Source: Macrostomum lignano (taxonomy: Eukaryota). From it: a stretch of 64,000 nt of DNA. A model generated the notes under the pieces. That model searched no databases, was not told the origin of the DNA, and was given only the letters and a program-made list of their open reading frames with translations. The stretch spans positions 61,411-125,410 of the forward strand of contig NIVC01000706.1 in NCBI GenBank assembly GCA_002269645.1, read 5' to 3'. A program made the translations under genes and the position numbers. Below are positions 41,401 through 55,800 of the stretch, one piece after another (within the stretch, counting starts at the first letter, position 1; every line of letters begins with the position of its first letter).

Positions 41401-44400
41401 CTAAGTAGCGACAGTTACAATTTAAAAGGACATCATTGTCATAAGCGGGCCAAGCAATTCGCGAATGTCGGGTCCTAGAAATCGGTGTCTACACACTGCA
41501 GCGTGGTCATTAAATTAGGCCGTTTGGAGCTGCTCAAACTAATGTAGACACACGCCTATCTACCAAAGAGATAAGAGCGTGCTTCGCGTGTACAAGTAGG
41601 ATATTGTGCTTAAAACAAGCCATGTACGGAAGACTCTATAGCCGCGCATCACGAAATTGACACTCACCTCGCGAGTTTCCCTGTCTGCTATGCTGGCTGT
41701 CTTTTTGCATCTGACGCCCGCTGTGATTTTCCTGCAGAAAAAAGGAAAGGACACAAAAATATTGTGTCAAATCTGTACGACTAATAACCCTGAATTGTAT
41801 CTATATTTAGAAATTCACCGAAAAAAGCTTTCATAGTGCTTGTAACTGATTCTTGTAAAATAGATGATTCATTAGTATGACAACCCGATCAACTAACTGA
41901 TCAAAGTGGAATTTTGTGTTGATTCTCTTTCCAATTGGATTGATTTAAAGGTTGTATACTAGAATAGCTATTTAGCATGTGTGGGGGATCGTAGCACTCT
42001 TTCATTCCCTTTTATTCCTTTTATGTAGCTATTCAACTCAATGAAGAGACTTAATTCCGCCCCAATCCTGTATCGTGTTACGTCTTTTCGTGCGTGTTCT
42101 AGTCTTGTTGGTTCACTAATGAGACACGATACAGTATGTTTGTGGACAAGAAAAAATCATTGAAAAAGTTTTTTACGCTTGCTTAAAATACGCAATTCAT
42201 TAAAATAAATTCATATACACGTGTTCACTCTAATTTTGTATTTTTGTCGAATATTGATGTGATGACTTGATATTGAGAGTTTGCATTTGCGGTTTTGGGA
42301 TTGGCCTGCGCTGGGGGGGGGGGGTTGGGGGCACGCTCAAGTTGCCTTTTAATTTATCGATTGTAATGTACGCACATACTTTGTGCATGCCTAATATTAA
42401 AATATATATATCGACTGATTCTGGCTTTTGAGCCCTCGTGTTTTTGTTATCGTCCGCCAAATATTGCAATAGTTGACTCTGCTAAAGTGGCGACGAGGAA
42501 TGAGTCTTATAGGCTCAATAGGACCCTTTGAAGAGGGCACTGAGACCTGGCAGCAGTACCAGGAGCGCTTAGAACAGTTTTTCACAGCAAATGAAATCAG
42601 CAATGAAAAGAGACGAGCCGTGCTGCTGAGCATCTGTGGCAGGGACACCTACCAGCTGATATCAAACCTGCTGTCACCGGCTCTGCCGAAGGACACGACC
42701 TACGACGCCATCTGTGCTAAGCTAAAGGAGCATTTTGATCCAACCCCACCAGAGATTGTACGGCGATTCAGGTTCTACAGCAGAAGCCGTCAGGCAGGCG
42801 AGTCGGTGGCAGAGTTCCTGGCTGAGCTGCGTAAGCTAGCTCGGGACTGCAATTTCGGCGTTGGCCTCAGCAGCATGCTCAGGGACCGACTGGTCCTGGG
42901 GATCAGTGATGATTCCATTCAGCGGAGGCTCTTCACAGAGAAGGAGCTCTCACTGGACACGGCGCTGTCGCTGGCGCAGGCCCACGAGTCGGCCGCTCAA
43001 GGCAACCTGCTGGTGGCTAAAGGTGCCGGCTCTGACATGGTGCACGCTCTTCACCATTCTGCCCGGCGGGAGGCGGCCAGCGGGCCGCCAGCGAAGCGTT
43101 GCTATCGATGCCTGTCCCAGCGCCACCTGGCTGCAAAGTGCCCGTTCATCAATAGTAAGTGCTACGCATGCTCGAAAACCGGTCACATCGCTGCTGCGTG
43201 CAAGGCAGCGCCGCCTGCTCAGCGGGACGAGAGATCGGCGGGGCCGCAGCGAGCTTCTAATCGTCGCGTCGACTCGACCGTCCAAGAGCTGCAGGCGGAG
43301 GAGGCAGATGAGGAGGCTTTCTCGCTGCACGTGATGGCCGCCGCCGTAGGCGGCAAGATTCCGCCAATTAAGACCACCATCGACATCGACGGCACGCCAG
43401 TCTGCATGGAGGTCGATACTGGGGCGTCTGTGTCACTCATCTCTGCGAAGACCTACAACGAAGTACTACGAGGGCGTCCCAGACTCGAGCGAGTCAACAC
43501 GCAGCTGCGGACGTACTCCGGAGAGCTGGTGCCCGTTCTCGGCCAACTTCGAGTTCGCGCGCAGACCGAGATCGCCAGCAAGGTGCTGCCGCTGCTCGTG
43601 ATCGATGGTGCCGGCTCGAATCTGGTTGGCCGCGACTGGCTGGCCGAACTTCCGCTGGACTGGCGAGACATCAAGCAGGTGCAACAGCATCCGTCAGGGC
43701 AACCAGGACTCAAGAGCCTGCTGGACAAGTACGCCGAAGTCTTCGAGCCGGGCCTTGGTCGGTACTCGGGGCCCGCGGTTCGGCTGCAGCTGAAAGCCTC
43801 AGCGCGGCCGAGGTTTTTCAAAGCCAGGAACGTCCCGCTTGCGCTGAAGGAGAAGGTCGAGGCGCAACTCGAAAAAGAGATCGAACAGGGAGTGCTGAAG
43901 CCGGTGAGCAGCTCGGACTACGCGTCTCCGATCGTACCCGTTTTAAAGACAGATGGCTCGGTCCGCATATGCGCTGATTTTAAACAAACGGTGAACCTCG
44001 ACGTCGAGCCCGACACGTACCCGGTGCCGAGAATCGAGGAGCTCTTCGCGAAACTGGCCGGCGGAAAGAAATTCACTAAGCTTGACTTGTCGCAAGCGTA
44101 CTCGCAACTGCCTCTGGACGAAGCCTCGCAAGAACTCTGCACCATCAACACCAGCAAGGGGCTGCTGCGGTACACGAGACTGCCGTTCGGAGTTGCTCCC
44201 GCTGTCGGCATTTTCCAGCGCCAGATGGACTGCCTCCTGCAGGGCATTCCCCACGTCACCTGCTTTGTTGACGACCTGCTGGTTACCGGCGTGGATGATG
44301 ACAGCCACCTGAAGACGCTGGAGCAGGTCCTTCGGCGACTGCAGCAGAGCGGCCTCCGGTGCGGCCTGAGTAAGTGCAGCTTTATGCAGCAGAGCATCAG

Positions 44401-47400
44401 CTACCTCGGGCATCGAATCGACGCCGAAGGGCTGCACCCTCTCCAGGACAAGGTGCGGGCGATCCAGGACGCGCCACCGCCCCGCGACCAGACGCAGCTG
44501 CGCAGCTTCCTCGGGCTGGTAAATTATTACGGCAAGTTCATGCCCAATCTGTCAACCGAACTGGCGCCGCTGAACCAGCTGCTGAACAAGGGCGCCCCCT
44601 GGCGATGGGACGCTGTGCAGGACGAGGCGTTTCGCAGGTGAAAGTCGCTACTCAGCCAGGCACCGGTGCTTGCGCATTTCGACCGTCAGAAGCCGCTGGT
44701 GCTCGAGTGCGACGCCTCGCCTTATGGCATCGGCGCCGTCATCAGCCACCGAATCGACGGAGTCGATAGGCCGATCGCCTTCGCCTCTCGCACGCTACAT
44801 GAAGCAGAGACCCGATACTCCCAGCTCGAGAAGGAGGCGCTCGCGGTCATTTACGGAGTTAAGAAATTTCACATGTACCTGTTCGGGCGAGACTTCAAGC
44901 TGGTGAGCGACCACAAGCCGCTGCTCGGTCTGCTGCACCAGTCCAAGCCGATACCAGCACTGGCTTCTGGCAGAATCCAGCGGTGGGCGCTGCTCCTGGC
45001 CGGCTACCAGTACTCCATGGTCCACCGAGCGGGCAAGTCGCTGCTTCGAGCCGATGCGCTGAGTCGGCTGCCGCTGCCGGAGAAGCCGAAGGAAGCGCCA
45101 ACTCCAGCTGAAGTCGTCCTACTCATGGACTTCCTGGACGAGGGACCGGTGACGGCTCGGCACATCCGGACGTGGACTCGGACAGACCCGGACTTGTCCC
45201 GAGTTCTGCGTTTCACTGAGACCGGCTGCTGGCCAGAGCGGCCGCCGCCTGAGCTGCAGCCGTACTGCACGCGAGCCGACCAGCTGAGCACCCAAGACGG
45301 CTGTCTGCTCTGGGGCTGCCGAGTCGTAGTTCCCGAGGCCGGTCGAGAGGCGCTGCTGCACTGCCTGCACCAGGGGCACCAGGGCGCCACGAGAATGAAG
45401 GCGCTGGCTCGAAGCGTTTTCTGGTGGCCTAAGCTGGACGAGGCGATCGAGCGGCTGGTCGCCGCGTGCACCGAGTGCCAGGAGATGCAGAAGTCGCCAG
45501 GTCCGTTTCCACTGCAGCCGTGGGCGTGGCCGGACAAGCCGTGGTCGCGCCTGCACATTGACTACGCCGGGCCAGTCCAGGGCCGGATGTTGCTGGTTGT
45601 CGTGGACGCTCACTCCAAGTGGATGGACGTGCATGTGATGTCTTCGACGTCGTCGACTGCGACTATCGAGAAGCTGCGGTCGAGCTTTGCAACTCACGGT
45701 CTGCCGGACGTGATCGTCTCCGACAACGGTCCGAACCTGGTCAGCGCGGAGATGGAGACATTCCTGAGCAAGAACGGCATCCGGCACGTGCGCACGGCTC
45801 CGTACCACCCGGCGTCCAACGGCCAAGCAGAGCGAGCAGTTCAGACTCTGAAGCGTGCGCTGGCCAAGCAGCGAAGCGGCTCTCTGGAGGAGCGAGTCTC
45901 CCGGTTCCTCCTGACGTACCGAGTCACGCCGCATGCGACTACCGGGACGGCTCCCTGCGAGCTGCTGATGGGGCGGAGGCTGAAATCGTTGCTCGACCGA
46001 GTCCGCCCTGACCTGCCCGCCCGGGTGGCCGTCCAGCAGGCACTGCAGAAGGAGCAGCACGATGCCCACGCGCACGACCGCCGCATTAATGTCGGCGACT
46101 CGGTGCTGGCGCGAGACTTCGCGAGAGACGGACGCTGGAGACCGGCGACAGTCACGGACAGTTCTGGTGCGGCCGACTTCACGTGCCGGTTCGATGACGG
46201 CAGAGACGCACACAGGCACGTGGACCAGGTGCGCAAGCCGGCCGCGGTCAGTCAGCTTCCGACCGAGCCAGCGGTACCAGCGGCAGCGGTGCCGCAGTGC
46301 GATGCGGTGCCGAAGGGCGCATCCGAAGTTTTTGCTGACGGCGTTGCTACTGAGGCTGCGGCAGAGCCTGACGCCATACCGCAGCTTCGCCGTTCGATGA
46401 GGAAGTGCGCTGCACCTGAGCGACTGACTTACAGCTGAAGTAACTGTTCTTGATGAACTCGATTTTAGTACCTTAGTTGTGTTGCTCGCTTCAATATTTT
46501 TTTTAATTATTACTAATAGTGTTAATTTTTGTTAATCTTACTTTCATACTTAAGTGCGAAGGGATGTGATGACTTGATATTGAGAGTTTGCATTTGCGGT
46601 TTTGGGGTTGGCCTGCGCTGGGGGGGGGGTTGGGGGCACGCTCAAGTTGCCTTTTGATTTATCGATTGTAATGTACGCACATACTTTGTGCATGCCTAAT
46701 ATTAAAATATATATATCGACTGATTCTGGCTTTTGAGCCCTCGTGTTTTTGTTATCGTCCGCCAAATATTGCAATAGTTGACTCTGCTAAAATTGAAATG
46801 CATAGATTAGTACTGGTGCTCATAATATACCCTTTTGCGATCTAGTTTGCCAAAACTGCAATCAATTTTGCCCGCGGAAAAATATCACTTATAATTTTGC
46901 TGTCTAGGCCAAGTCTGCTCAGTCATGACCAGAGTTTCAGCCACAGACAACTCTTTGAAAACTGAAATCAATTTTGCCAAAACTGCGACCTAGTTTGCCC
47001 ATAGCAAAGAAAACGCCACAGACATACATAGCAAGATCAAAGAATGGCCCAGCGTGGGCCTTATAACAGGATTTCAGCGAAGGACCGGCAGCGATTGATT
47101 CAAGCATATCAGGATGGAGAGGCCTGGCAAGATTTCGGTAATGGGCATCTCACGAAGAACCGTGACTTACATAGTTGGACAATTCAACGCAACCGGTCGT
47201 ATAGAGCCTCTGCCTCGCGGAGGTGCCAAGCGGAGGTCCCTTAACAATGCTATGATTGAGAGCATTTGTGCCTACGTCTACCATTAAAAACTCGCTGTTT
47301 ATTGTTCACTGTTACAGTTTATTTCGTCACACTTCCGAATTGATTCTCAATAAAAATTCTTCTTGGCTTGCTATGGGCAAACTAGGTCGTAGTTTTGGCA

Positions 47401-49787
47401 AAATTGATTGCAGTTTTGGCAAACTAGATCGCAAAAAAGTATATAAGAGTAAGAAATTCGACAATTGTTACAAATTAGCACAAAAAACTACAAAGAAAAC
47501 AAGTTTTCTCACCTTGCTTGCATGAGATGTGCCACCTTGCTGGTTCGAGCCACCGGCCAACTGCGCCGGTGTCGGCATGTCTTTCTCGTGCGTGTAGAGC
47601 GTGAACCAGTGCAACTTGTTGTCCAGGGCTCTTCGCTCTGTTGTAAATGATTCGCGATTAGTTGGACATTACTGCGTCTTATTTTAATGTGACGTCAGAG
47701 ATAAAAATGGTTTCAGCATACCATTATATAGTTGATATAGTTGATTTTTCAATTATTTTGTCAACCCGTATAGCATTACTCTCTTTGGTTTTATTAGAAT
47801 GACTGAAACACTGAAAGCGGCACTAAACTTGGGTTGCTGAACACTATAAAGGAATGCATTCTGCGTATGGGTACGTCTAAAGCTACGTCTACGGAAGGTT
47901 TCACCTAGCTTAGACAGGGATTATCCTGTTCAAGAAGGAAAGCGTAAAAATGATTAAAAAGTGCTATAAACTAAGCCACCGCAAGCATTGGGCTATTTTG
48001 CTCTTGCATTTCTTCGTGCAGGTGTTTTGCTGCAGTTTTTTTTCGAAACAACAACAATCTTTATGATCGAGTGTCCCGATGCTCTCGTGCTGGTTGTTGT
48101 GCGAAAGTCAACGCAACGAAAACATGTGACGAAAATATAGAGAAATCAAAGATTTCGTGCATGCAAAACAATATTTGAGAAAATGCGCGATGTTGTTCGA
48201 TTTCTGTCTCTATTGTTTCTTTGTTGTCGCTCTGTCTCTTTAGCATATGCTTCCTTCCTAAGGGCTGTTTGTTAAAACGATTGCAAAATAGAGAGAAAAT
48301 TTGTATTTAGTAGATGACAGTGGACTAAATAGCTGAGGAAGACTTGACAGGCAAAGAAGAAATATGCAGAGGACCTCTCACATGTACCATCAGGCTTACA
48401 CATGAGGGTTTCAGAAAATTGAAGTAAAAAACTAGGAAAGTCTCGATTCATTGTTATCATGTGATTTAAGATTAGCTAGTTTAGCAGCCCTGCGTTGTAA
48501 GACAGCAACTTTTTGCTCATTTTTCTACCTAATCGAACCGCGCATCGGCCCATGAAGTCGTTAGTCTTGAGGCGGTCGTAGTCCCAGACGGACACGTCAA
48601 GCCAACGCCGCCTCAGCTCCTTCTTCGGCACATCCATGAACACCACCGTCTGCTGCCAGTCAGGCTCCAGAGTATTTGACATGTACTTAGTTTGACGGAT
48701 TAGATCGGGGCTGAAATTATCGCGGGGAATAACACTCATAAGCCTCTGACACCAGAGCTAAAGCTGACTAATTCTGTAGAGAATTAAAGCGAATGACAAG
48801 TAAAATATTTTTCTACCTTTCGTTAGGATCGGGCATCAGTCTGATCTTGACAAACGGATCAGCGAGTCCGTTAAGATCCATCGGCTGCAATCCCTTAGCC
48901 TGAGAGACGTGCACCGTTAGGCTGGAGTCGTACTCGTCGAATTGTAGCTGCAAGGCGATCTCGCCAGCTGTTTGCCAATGCGGATCGCCTGGCTCGTGAG
49001 GTGGCGGCAGTAGAACTCCAGCTCCGGTGCCAGAACCAGCCTGGTGCTGATGCTGGAGATGATGAGGATCGCTTGAGGACTGCTGGGATGAATGACCAGC
49101 TCTGCGCTGTTGCTGCTGCTGCTGTTGTTGCTGCTGCTGCTGCATCAGTTGATGTTGCTGCATCTGTTGTTGCTGTTGCATCTGTTGTTGCTGCTGCATC
49201 TGTTGTTGCTGCTGCATCTGTTGTTGCTGCTGCATCTGTTGTTGCTGCTGCATCTGTTGTTGCTGCTGCATCTGCTGTTGCTGCTGCATCTGTTGTTGCT
49301 GCTGCATCTGTTGTTGTTGCTGCTGCTGCTGCTGCTGCTGATGCTGCTGCTGCTGCTGAATTTGAGATGGGGAGCTTCGAGGAACAACCGCTCCAAGAGA
49401 AGCAAATGGGTCTGATTGTATCGATGTGGGAACTCCAAAGTCCTGTTGTTGTTGTTGTTGCTGCTGCTGCTGCAACTGATTTAACTGCTGGCCCGAGGCG
49501 TAACGTTGGAAAGGAAACTCGGATGTGTCCGCGATCCCCCGGGTCCACCGCCTACGCCAGCCGCTACGTCGAATAGGGACTTCTGAAATCCAGCTGAAGC
49601 TCCTGTGTTGTAGTAGAGAATGCGCGCATTTATTGATTTTATACGCGTATACGAGCTAATAATGAATATGACTTTATAGTCAGGCTTACTCGCACTAGTT
49701 GGACTGGACGGCATCGGAGGGCTGCCACAAGAGTCAAAACCGGGTGCCGATGTCAGCCGGCCTCGTTGATAATTGGATGCCTGCTGC

Positions 49788-49818
<31 letters not shown>

Positions 49819-52800
49819 CTGGCAGTTGTCCGCCAAGATTGTGCTTGGTTCTTGAAGCCGAACCCTTCTGACGCATGCTGTCACTGATCTGAGTGAAGAG
49901 GTCTGTTGAAGGCAATGTTGAATGAATTAGTCTTGAGAAAGTCATCTTTTTAATTTTCGAAGTGAATTTTTTCATTGTAAATGCAATGCAAGACTCAGCT
50001 GAAGAAGGAAGTGAAGAGCAACGAAGGTTATAATTTTCTGATATTGTGACAACAGAAAACTAAAGAACTAGCAATTGAATGTTTTGATGACAACTTTTCA
50101 TTTGTTGATTAAATATTGAAGCAGTATTGTTTAGCATCGAATTTATTGATAATTCCGTTAAACAGTCTTCACAACAACCAAAATGATACAGTCTATCTAT
50201 TCAGTACTTAACAGACAATTTCTAATAGGCGTTTAGACACAGGTACGAGTACGTAACTTTGATTACAAATATACAGCACAATATGAACTACAACATGCGG
50301 GTTGCACAACATCTAGCGTCATTTTTTAGCCAAATCTTTCTCGTGTCAGCTTTTGATGATAGTTAAAACATTGTTTACGATGGGTCATAAATATACAGTG
50401 TATATTTTATAATAAATACAACAGCAATTGCGACTAGCTACTGTAGTCATTGAAGCTTGGGAGTATAACAGCATGAATTGCATATTTCAGGCAGGCGAGT
50501 GTGATAGGCTACTGCATTGTAAGACTTTAATTCAAAGTACGCAACGGTAGGCACACCGAGTAATCAATTGTCAGTTGGTTATAACAAATCTAAGAAAGGA
50601 AAGAGAAACTGAAACAAGATAATAACTAACAGCTCGAGGTCAGCTCCGGGTCTGAAAATTAAATTGAAAAGATAGTTCTTTACCAGGCTACGGAGAATTT
50701 CGAATCAAATTATTCTTGTTGCTTGTTTATGAATTTCAGAACTCGTACGTTCATTCGCGTATTTGTCTGCTACATGCCTCACTGCTACACGTAGCGGAGT
50801 TCAATAATATTATGAAGATAATCCACTGAATTTTGGAAAAGAGAAATAAACTCATTGAATAGACTGGCCTTAGATACAAGATGCAGAATTATACACGTTG
50901 TAAGTTTGCAAAGTTAACCACAGCTCAGTTGCGACCCAGTGTGTTTGGTGTATTTCGTGTACGTTCGTGACTCAAAAAAACAAGATCCTAACAATGCGCC
51001 GAACGCAAATCTTAGACGTTTATTAAGTAAAATTAAAAGTAAAGCAAAAAGAAACTAAAGCAAAAATAATAAGAGTAAAGCAATGGATAATTTAGCATGG
51101 GACTGCAGGATTGGGACCGGCCTTGTGATTGGTTAAAGTAGCTCAATGTCTAGCAGGGACTACCACTGATAATGCATTCGTGCTTAATGCATGCGAGTAT
51201 TGGGGGGAGGGGTAACTTATTTCGGAGAGAGTAATGCTATATTTTCTCCCCAAAAAGTTTAATCTTTTAATAATATCTAAGTCCGATTTTCAGTTCCAGC
51301 TGATGACGGTATCTTTAATGTTTCAAAACTATATAAGACAGCATTGGCACACAGTTGAAGACAAGTGAAAGTAACCGATGCGTTGAGCTGTTTTAGAATC
51401 TTACCTGGATTCTCAGTGTAATTAACATTGTCGTACGTTGATACTAAACTGGGCATGTGGCCCCGTCTCATGCTTGACGCGGCCCCAGCGCCGGCTGCTG
51501 CGGATGAGGCACCACCGCCGGCAGCTGAAGCTGTCAGAGTGCCAGCAGTCCTGATCAAATCGGGTGGACACGGTCTGCATAGACAAGAGGGCGCGTGAGG
51601 AAATGAGAAATATTCATTAATTTTTTTATTCATTTCCCCTGCATTCAAAGTGAAAAAACATTTACCCGTAGAGAACACCCTAGTCTTCGTGTCAGCTTCT
51701 AAACCTGCTTTATGAAGTCTCCCAACGCCATCTGCACTTTTAAGACGTACGTCTTTACTTTGGACCTCTCTGCAGCAACTTTTGTCTCTTAGACCCAGTG
51801 TGCCTTACAGGGGATCGAATTGCTTTCTGTAAGAAGATGCAACCTTTTCTAACCAGCTAATTTTGCAACCGGTTTTGCTTCTGAAAAAAATCAATAAAAA
51901 CTCTTAAGGACGCTTACAGTCTGACGACAACTTCAATCTCGTCAGTATCTGCTGAAGTTGCGAGGATTCTTTGAACCTCCTCGTAGCTTCGCTCCATTAA
52001 GCAGCATCCGTTCCATTCGACAATTTCGTCGCCCTCCTTGATGTCCGCCCTGAGCTTGTCGCACACGGAGCCAGCGATGATCTCCTTGACAAATGCGCCC
52101 TGGTGACCGTCTGGACAGATGCTGCCACCAACTATGATCAGGCCCACACCGTTTCCTAAATACAACATAATTGAACATGTGGTTGCATTTTTTGTTTAAA
52201 TAAACCACTACCGTAGCCCCAATCCCAGCCGTTGATAACCCCACTAAGGTCTAAGTAGGTCTAATTATCTAAGGTCTCTATAGATAAAACTTCCGTCTTT
52301 GTAAAAATTATCACAAATTAATAACTATTGGTCTGTAAACTTTGTACAAGATTCAACGTTTGTATCGTTCTGTTTCGAAATTATTAACTTTTGTTTCCTG
52401 TTCGTTTTATGACGTAAGTTAATTTTTCAATGCATCCATCGAGAGAACTCATCTCGATACCACCAAAGCACCGATATTGAATTCTTAGCATTAAAATATT
52501 ACGCTATATTTAAAACGTATAGACAAAGGACCTGAACAGCCAACACCACAATATTGTTTATCCATTTGAAAGCGAAGATCCTTATTACCACAATTGCGAT
52601 GATATAAATGTCAAAATAAACCGAAGGAAGTTTTCGAGTTGATAAAATGTTTAAATTTAAACTCTAGGTAAACTGTCTGTTTTTAATATCGAAACCGAAG
52701 CATTTCAAAGTTGGAAAGTTCTGAAATTACGAGTATATTATTTTTTTCAGCTTTAGTTTTGATTGTTAAACACTTCTTGTTTTAAACATGATAGAACAGC

Positions 52801-55800
52801 GATCACTTACCTCTAGTCGACTTGTCTCGCGTGTCCCTCGTCAAAAGCAGTCTTTTAACCGGGAAGTCGTATCTTCTCGGGCGTCGGTCTCTGAACAGCT
52901 GCAGTTTGTGTGACATCAGAATGTGGGTTATTTGCTAATGCATTTATTAGCATTTACCCGAGCTTGTTTCATATAACTAAGCCACTATAGAAGTCCGTAG
53001 GTAATGAGTCAGACATTATTGATGTCAGTAGGTGGTGAGTCAGACGGTATTAATATCAGTAGGCGATGAGTTAGACGTTATTGATATCAGTAGGCGATGA
53101 GTCAGACGTTATTGATATCAGTAGGCGCTGATTCAGACGGTATTTATGTCAGTAGGTGGTGAGTCAGACGTTATTGATGTCAGTAGGTGGTGAGTCAGAC
53201 GGTATTGATGTCAGTAGGCGGTGAGTTAGACGGTATTGATGTCAGTAGGCGGTGAGTCAGACGGTATTGATGTCAGTAGGCGGTGAGTCAGACGCCATGA
53301 GTCACATGCCGATAGTATTGGTATTACTAGACTCCAGCGCGAGAGAAAGCTCTAAGCTGCCCAACTTTTTTTATTAGAGGCAGTGGGGTTGTGTGCACCG
53401 TGGCGCACTTTAAGCGACATAGGCACACAACCGGCGAGAGGCATTACAGCCCATTCCGCCGACTCCCCTGAGCAGGCATACAAGCGCGCGGATACGTACG
53501 CAGGCACACACTCACACAGGAGTGTACAGCGGCCCTAACTTTATATTATCGTTAGGCATGTACACTTCACTGCGACTTGGGGGGTTGGCTCTCAAGGCCG
53601 TTAATTGCACGAGCAGAGCCAAGCCGAGATTGCAATCAGCCCCAAATTAATGTGACTGCACTTGGAATCGAACCTGGGTCGCGGGCACACCAGAGCCTGC
53701 GCTAGATCACTGGGCTACGGCCCCCTAAGCTGCCCAACTTAAAGAGCTGTTAATTTCCGCACTGTAATTAGCAAATGCCGGCCGCTTGCCTCACTTTGCT
53801 GCTTTCTTGCACGCTTGTATAAGCAAAATAAAATCTGGCATTATAAATGAAGGAAGGCGATGAGAGAGAAGTCCCCCCCCCCCGAAGAGAGTGCGACCAA
53901 CTCAGATGGAAAAATAAATTAAAAGCAAAGAGAAGAGAGAACTCTCAGAGGCGGTTGACTCGGCTGAATAGAATGCAGATTGGCAGCCATTCTGAGCAAT
54001 GGTCCGAGAAGGGGAAAAGTTTGCAAAACTGAGCAGAGTTTGCCTGAGGAAGCTAACTTTGCTTGCGCCCTCCTCCCCTACCCCACAGAATTTCCCTTTT
54101 TAACTCCCACTGCCCACTAAGCCCACTATCCCATCCAACAAACTCCCACATCGCTCGTGCCTGGTCCTCATTCAATAATTTATTGATCTAGTTGGCCGGG
54201 TGTAGGAGGAGAAATAGGTCTACGCCGTGTGTTTTGGGAGCTTTATGATGAACTGAGTCTAAGGACAACCTTAGTCCCTCGGTTCCTCCCTTCCCACCCT
54301 TCCCGTGCAGTGGTAGCTGCCTGCTCTCTTTCTGTTGGAAACATTTTATCCACAAGACCACCAGCTGTAATGCACTGAATTAATGCAATCAATATTAGCT
54401 CAACTCAAACTGAGTTTTCCTGCTCACTTGCACACTTCATGGTTGCAGTATAATAGGACTCAGATTGAGTACGTCTAGGTTGTTTGAGTAACAATATTAT
54501 TGATTTATGATGGAAGCAAACTACAACTTGTACTTACATCGTCGACTCCACCTGAGAGTTGCTGCTGCTGCTGCTGCTGTGGATAATCATCGAACTCGTG
54601 AGCTACAGACTTCTTCGAGTAGGGATACTCATCCTTGAGTCCCGCTGTAAATTATAGTTTAGGTTTTTCGAATGAGACAGCGCAATGTCGAAGAGAATTA
54701 TTAAAAGATACGCAAGACTGCCTGTTCACCGGACGTCTTACCGGACGAATGCGGCGGGAGCTGCTGCTGTTGCCGGTGAAAGTCCAGCAGCGGCATCGGC
54801 TGAATTGTTGCGCCTATAGTTGGATCGTAGATTCCCGATGTAGGCGGCAGATCGGCCATCATCTGCTGGTGCTGATGATGCAGTAGGTGAGGATTCTGCA
54901 GGTGGCCCCGAGGTTGAGGCTGTGCCTGCTCGTCGTAGTTAAACGGTAGAAAGAACTCATCGGGCATTGACTGTTGTTGGAGTTGTCTCGCTCCAACGTA
55001 GTCCGTCATTGATTCGTCATAAGGATAACCAGTAGCACCTGAAAGAGTGTGATGATGCTGCTGCTGCTGCTGCTGCTGATGCAGCATATGCGGATGCTGC
55101 GATTCAAATGGTGAATACGAGGACACTGCAGCGGCTGCCATCGCGGCTGCTCGACTTGGATGCTGAAGATGAAGATGGTGCTGCTGGTGCTGCTGATGCT
55201 GAAGACTGCTGTACCTCTGCATCTCCTCCTGGTATCGAATTGCTTCCTCAATCTGCCTTCGACGCCGTTCGATTTCGCGCTCGAGCTGGGCGATGCGATT
55301 CTCTTTCTTAATTAGCTCGTAGTCGAAGTTGCGCAAGTTTAGAACGCCGCTCTCGCTCTGCGACTCGTCCTGCAGATGATTGTAGAGTCGCTCCTGAGGA
55401 TCCAACCGGCGCAGTTGATCGGAGGACAGGGAAATGTTCCGGCTGGATTGCTGCTGCTGTTGCTGCTGCTGCAATTCGTACGGATCGGAATCGGGCGGCA
55501 CCAACTGGTAACCAGAGTTGATTGCTTCGGACGCGCTTGCCGAGTAGTAACCAGCTGATGAAGCTGACACCTGGTAGTTGGGATGCTGGGCATGGTGATA
55601 CGGATGCTGCGGATGGTGATGGGGCCCCCAGCCGGACTCCATGGGAGACGACGCCATTCGATCGGTGATTCCCAATCGACCCGAGGAGTGACTTCTCGGC
55701 TGCATTATGGGTCGGCTGTAGCCGCCTGCCGCTCGCTGCTGCTGCTGCTGCATCAGCAAGTGCTGCTGCTGTCTGGAACGGCCCCTCGGTAGAGACTCGT

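Larger units (their letters stand above)
42258..46791 (+). mobile_element. Full-length Ty3/Gypsy LTR retrotransposon, intronic and antisense to the Piccolo-like gene
   Basis: LTRs 42258-42486 and 46565-46791 differ by 2 substitutions and G-run length. 5-bp TSD ATTGA; PBS TGGCGACGAGGA; PPT AAGTGCGAAGGGA; domain order gag-PR-RT-RH-IN. Confidence 0.97.

Noticed and set aside
42861-46400. Many overlapping and antisense ORFs inside the Gypsy element (e.g. 45119-46219, 366 aa)
   Set aside because: Shadow ORFs of a GC-rich pol gene; no recognisable motifs.
48711-48816. Upstream AG acceptors in the C2A intron as a Piccolo-like alternative insert
   Set aside because: Every upstream acceptor tested brings in an in-frame stop; only 48710 keeps the frame.
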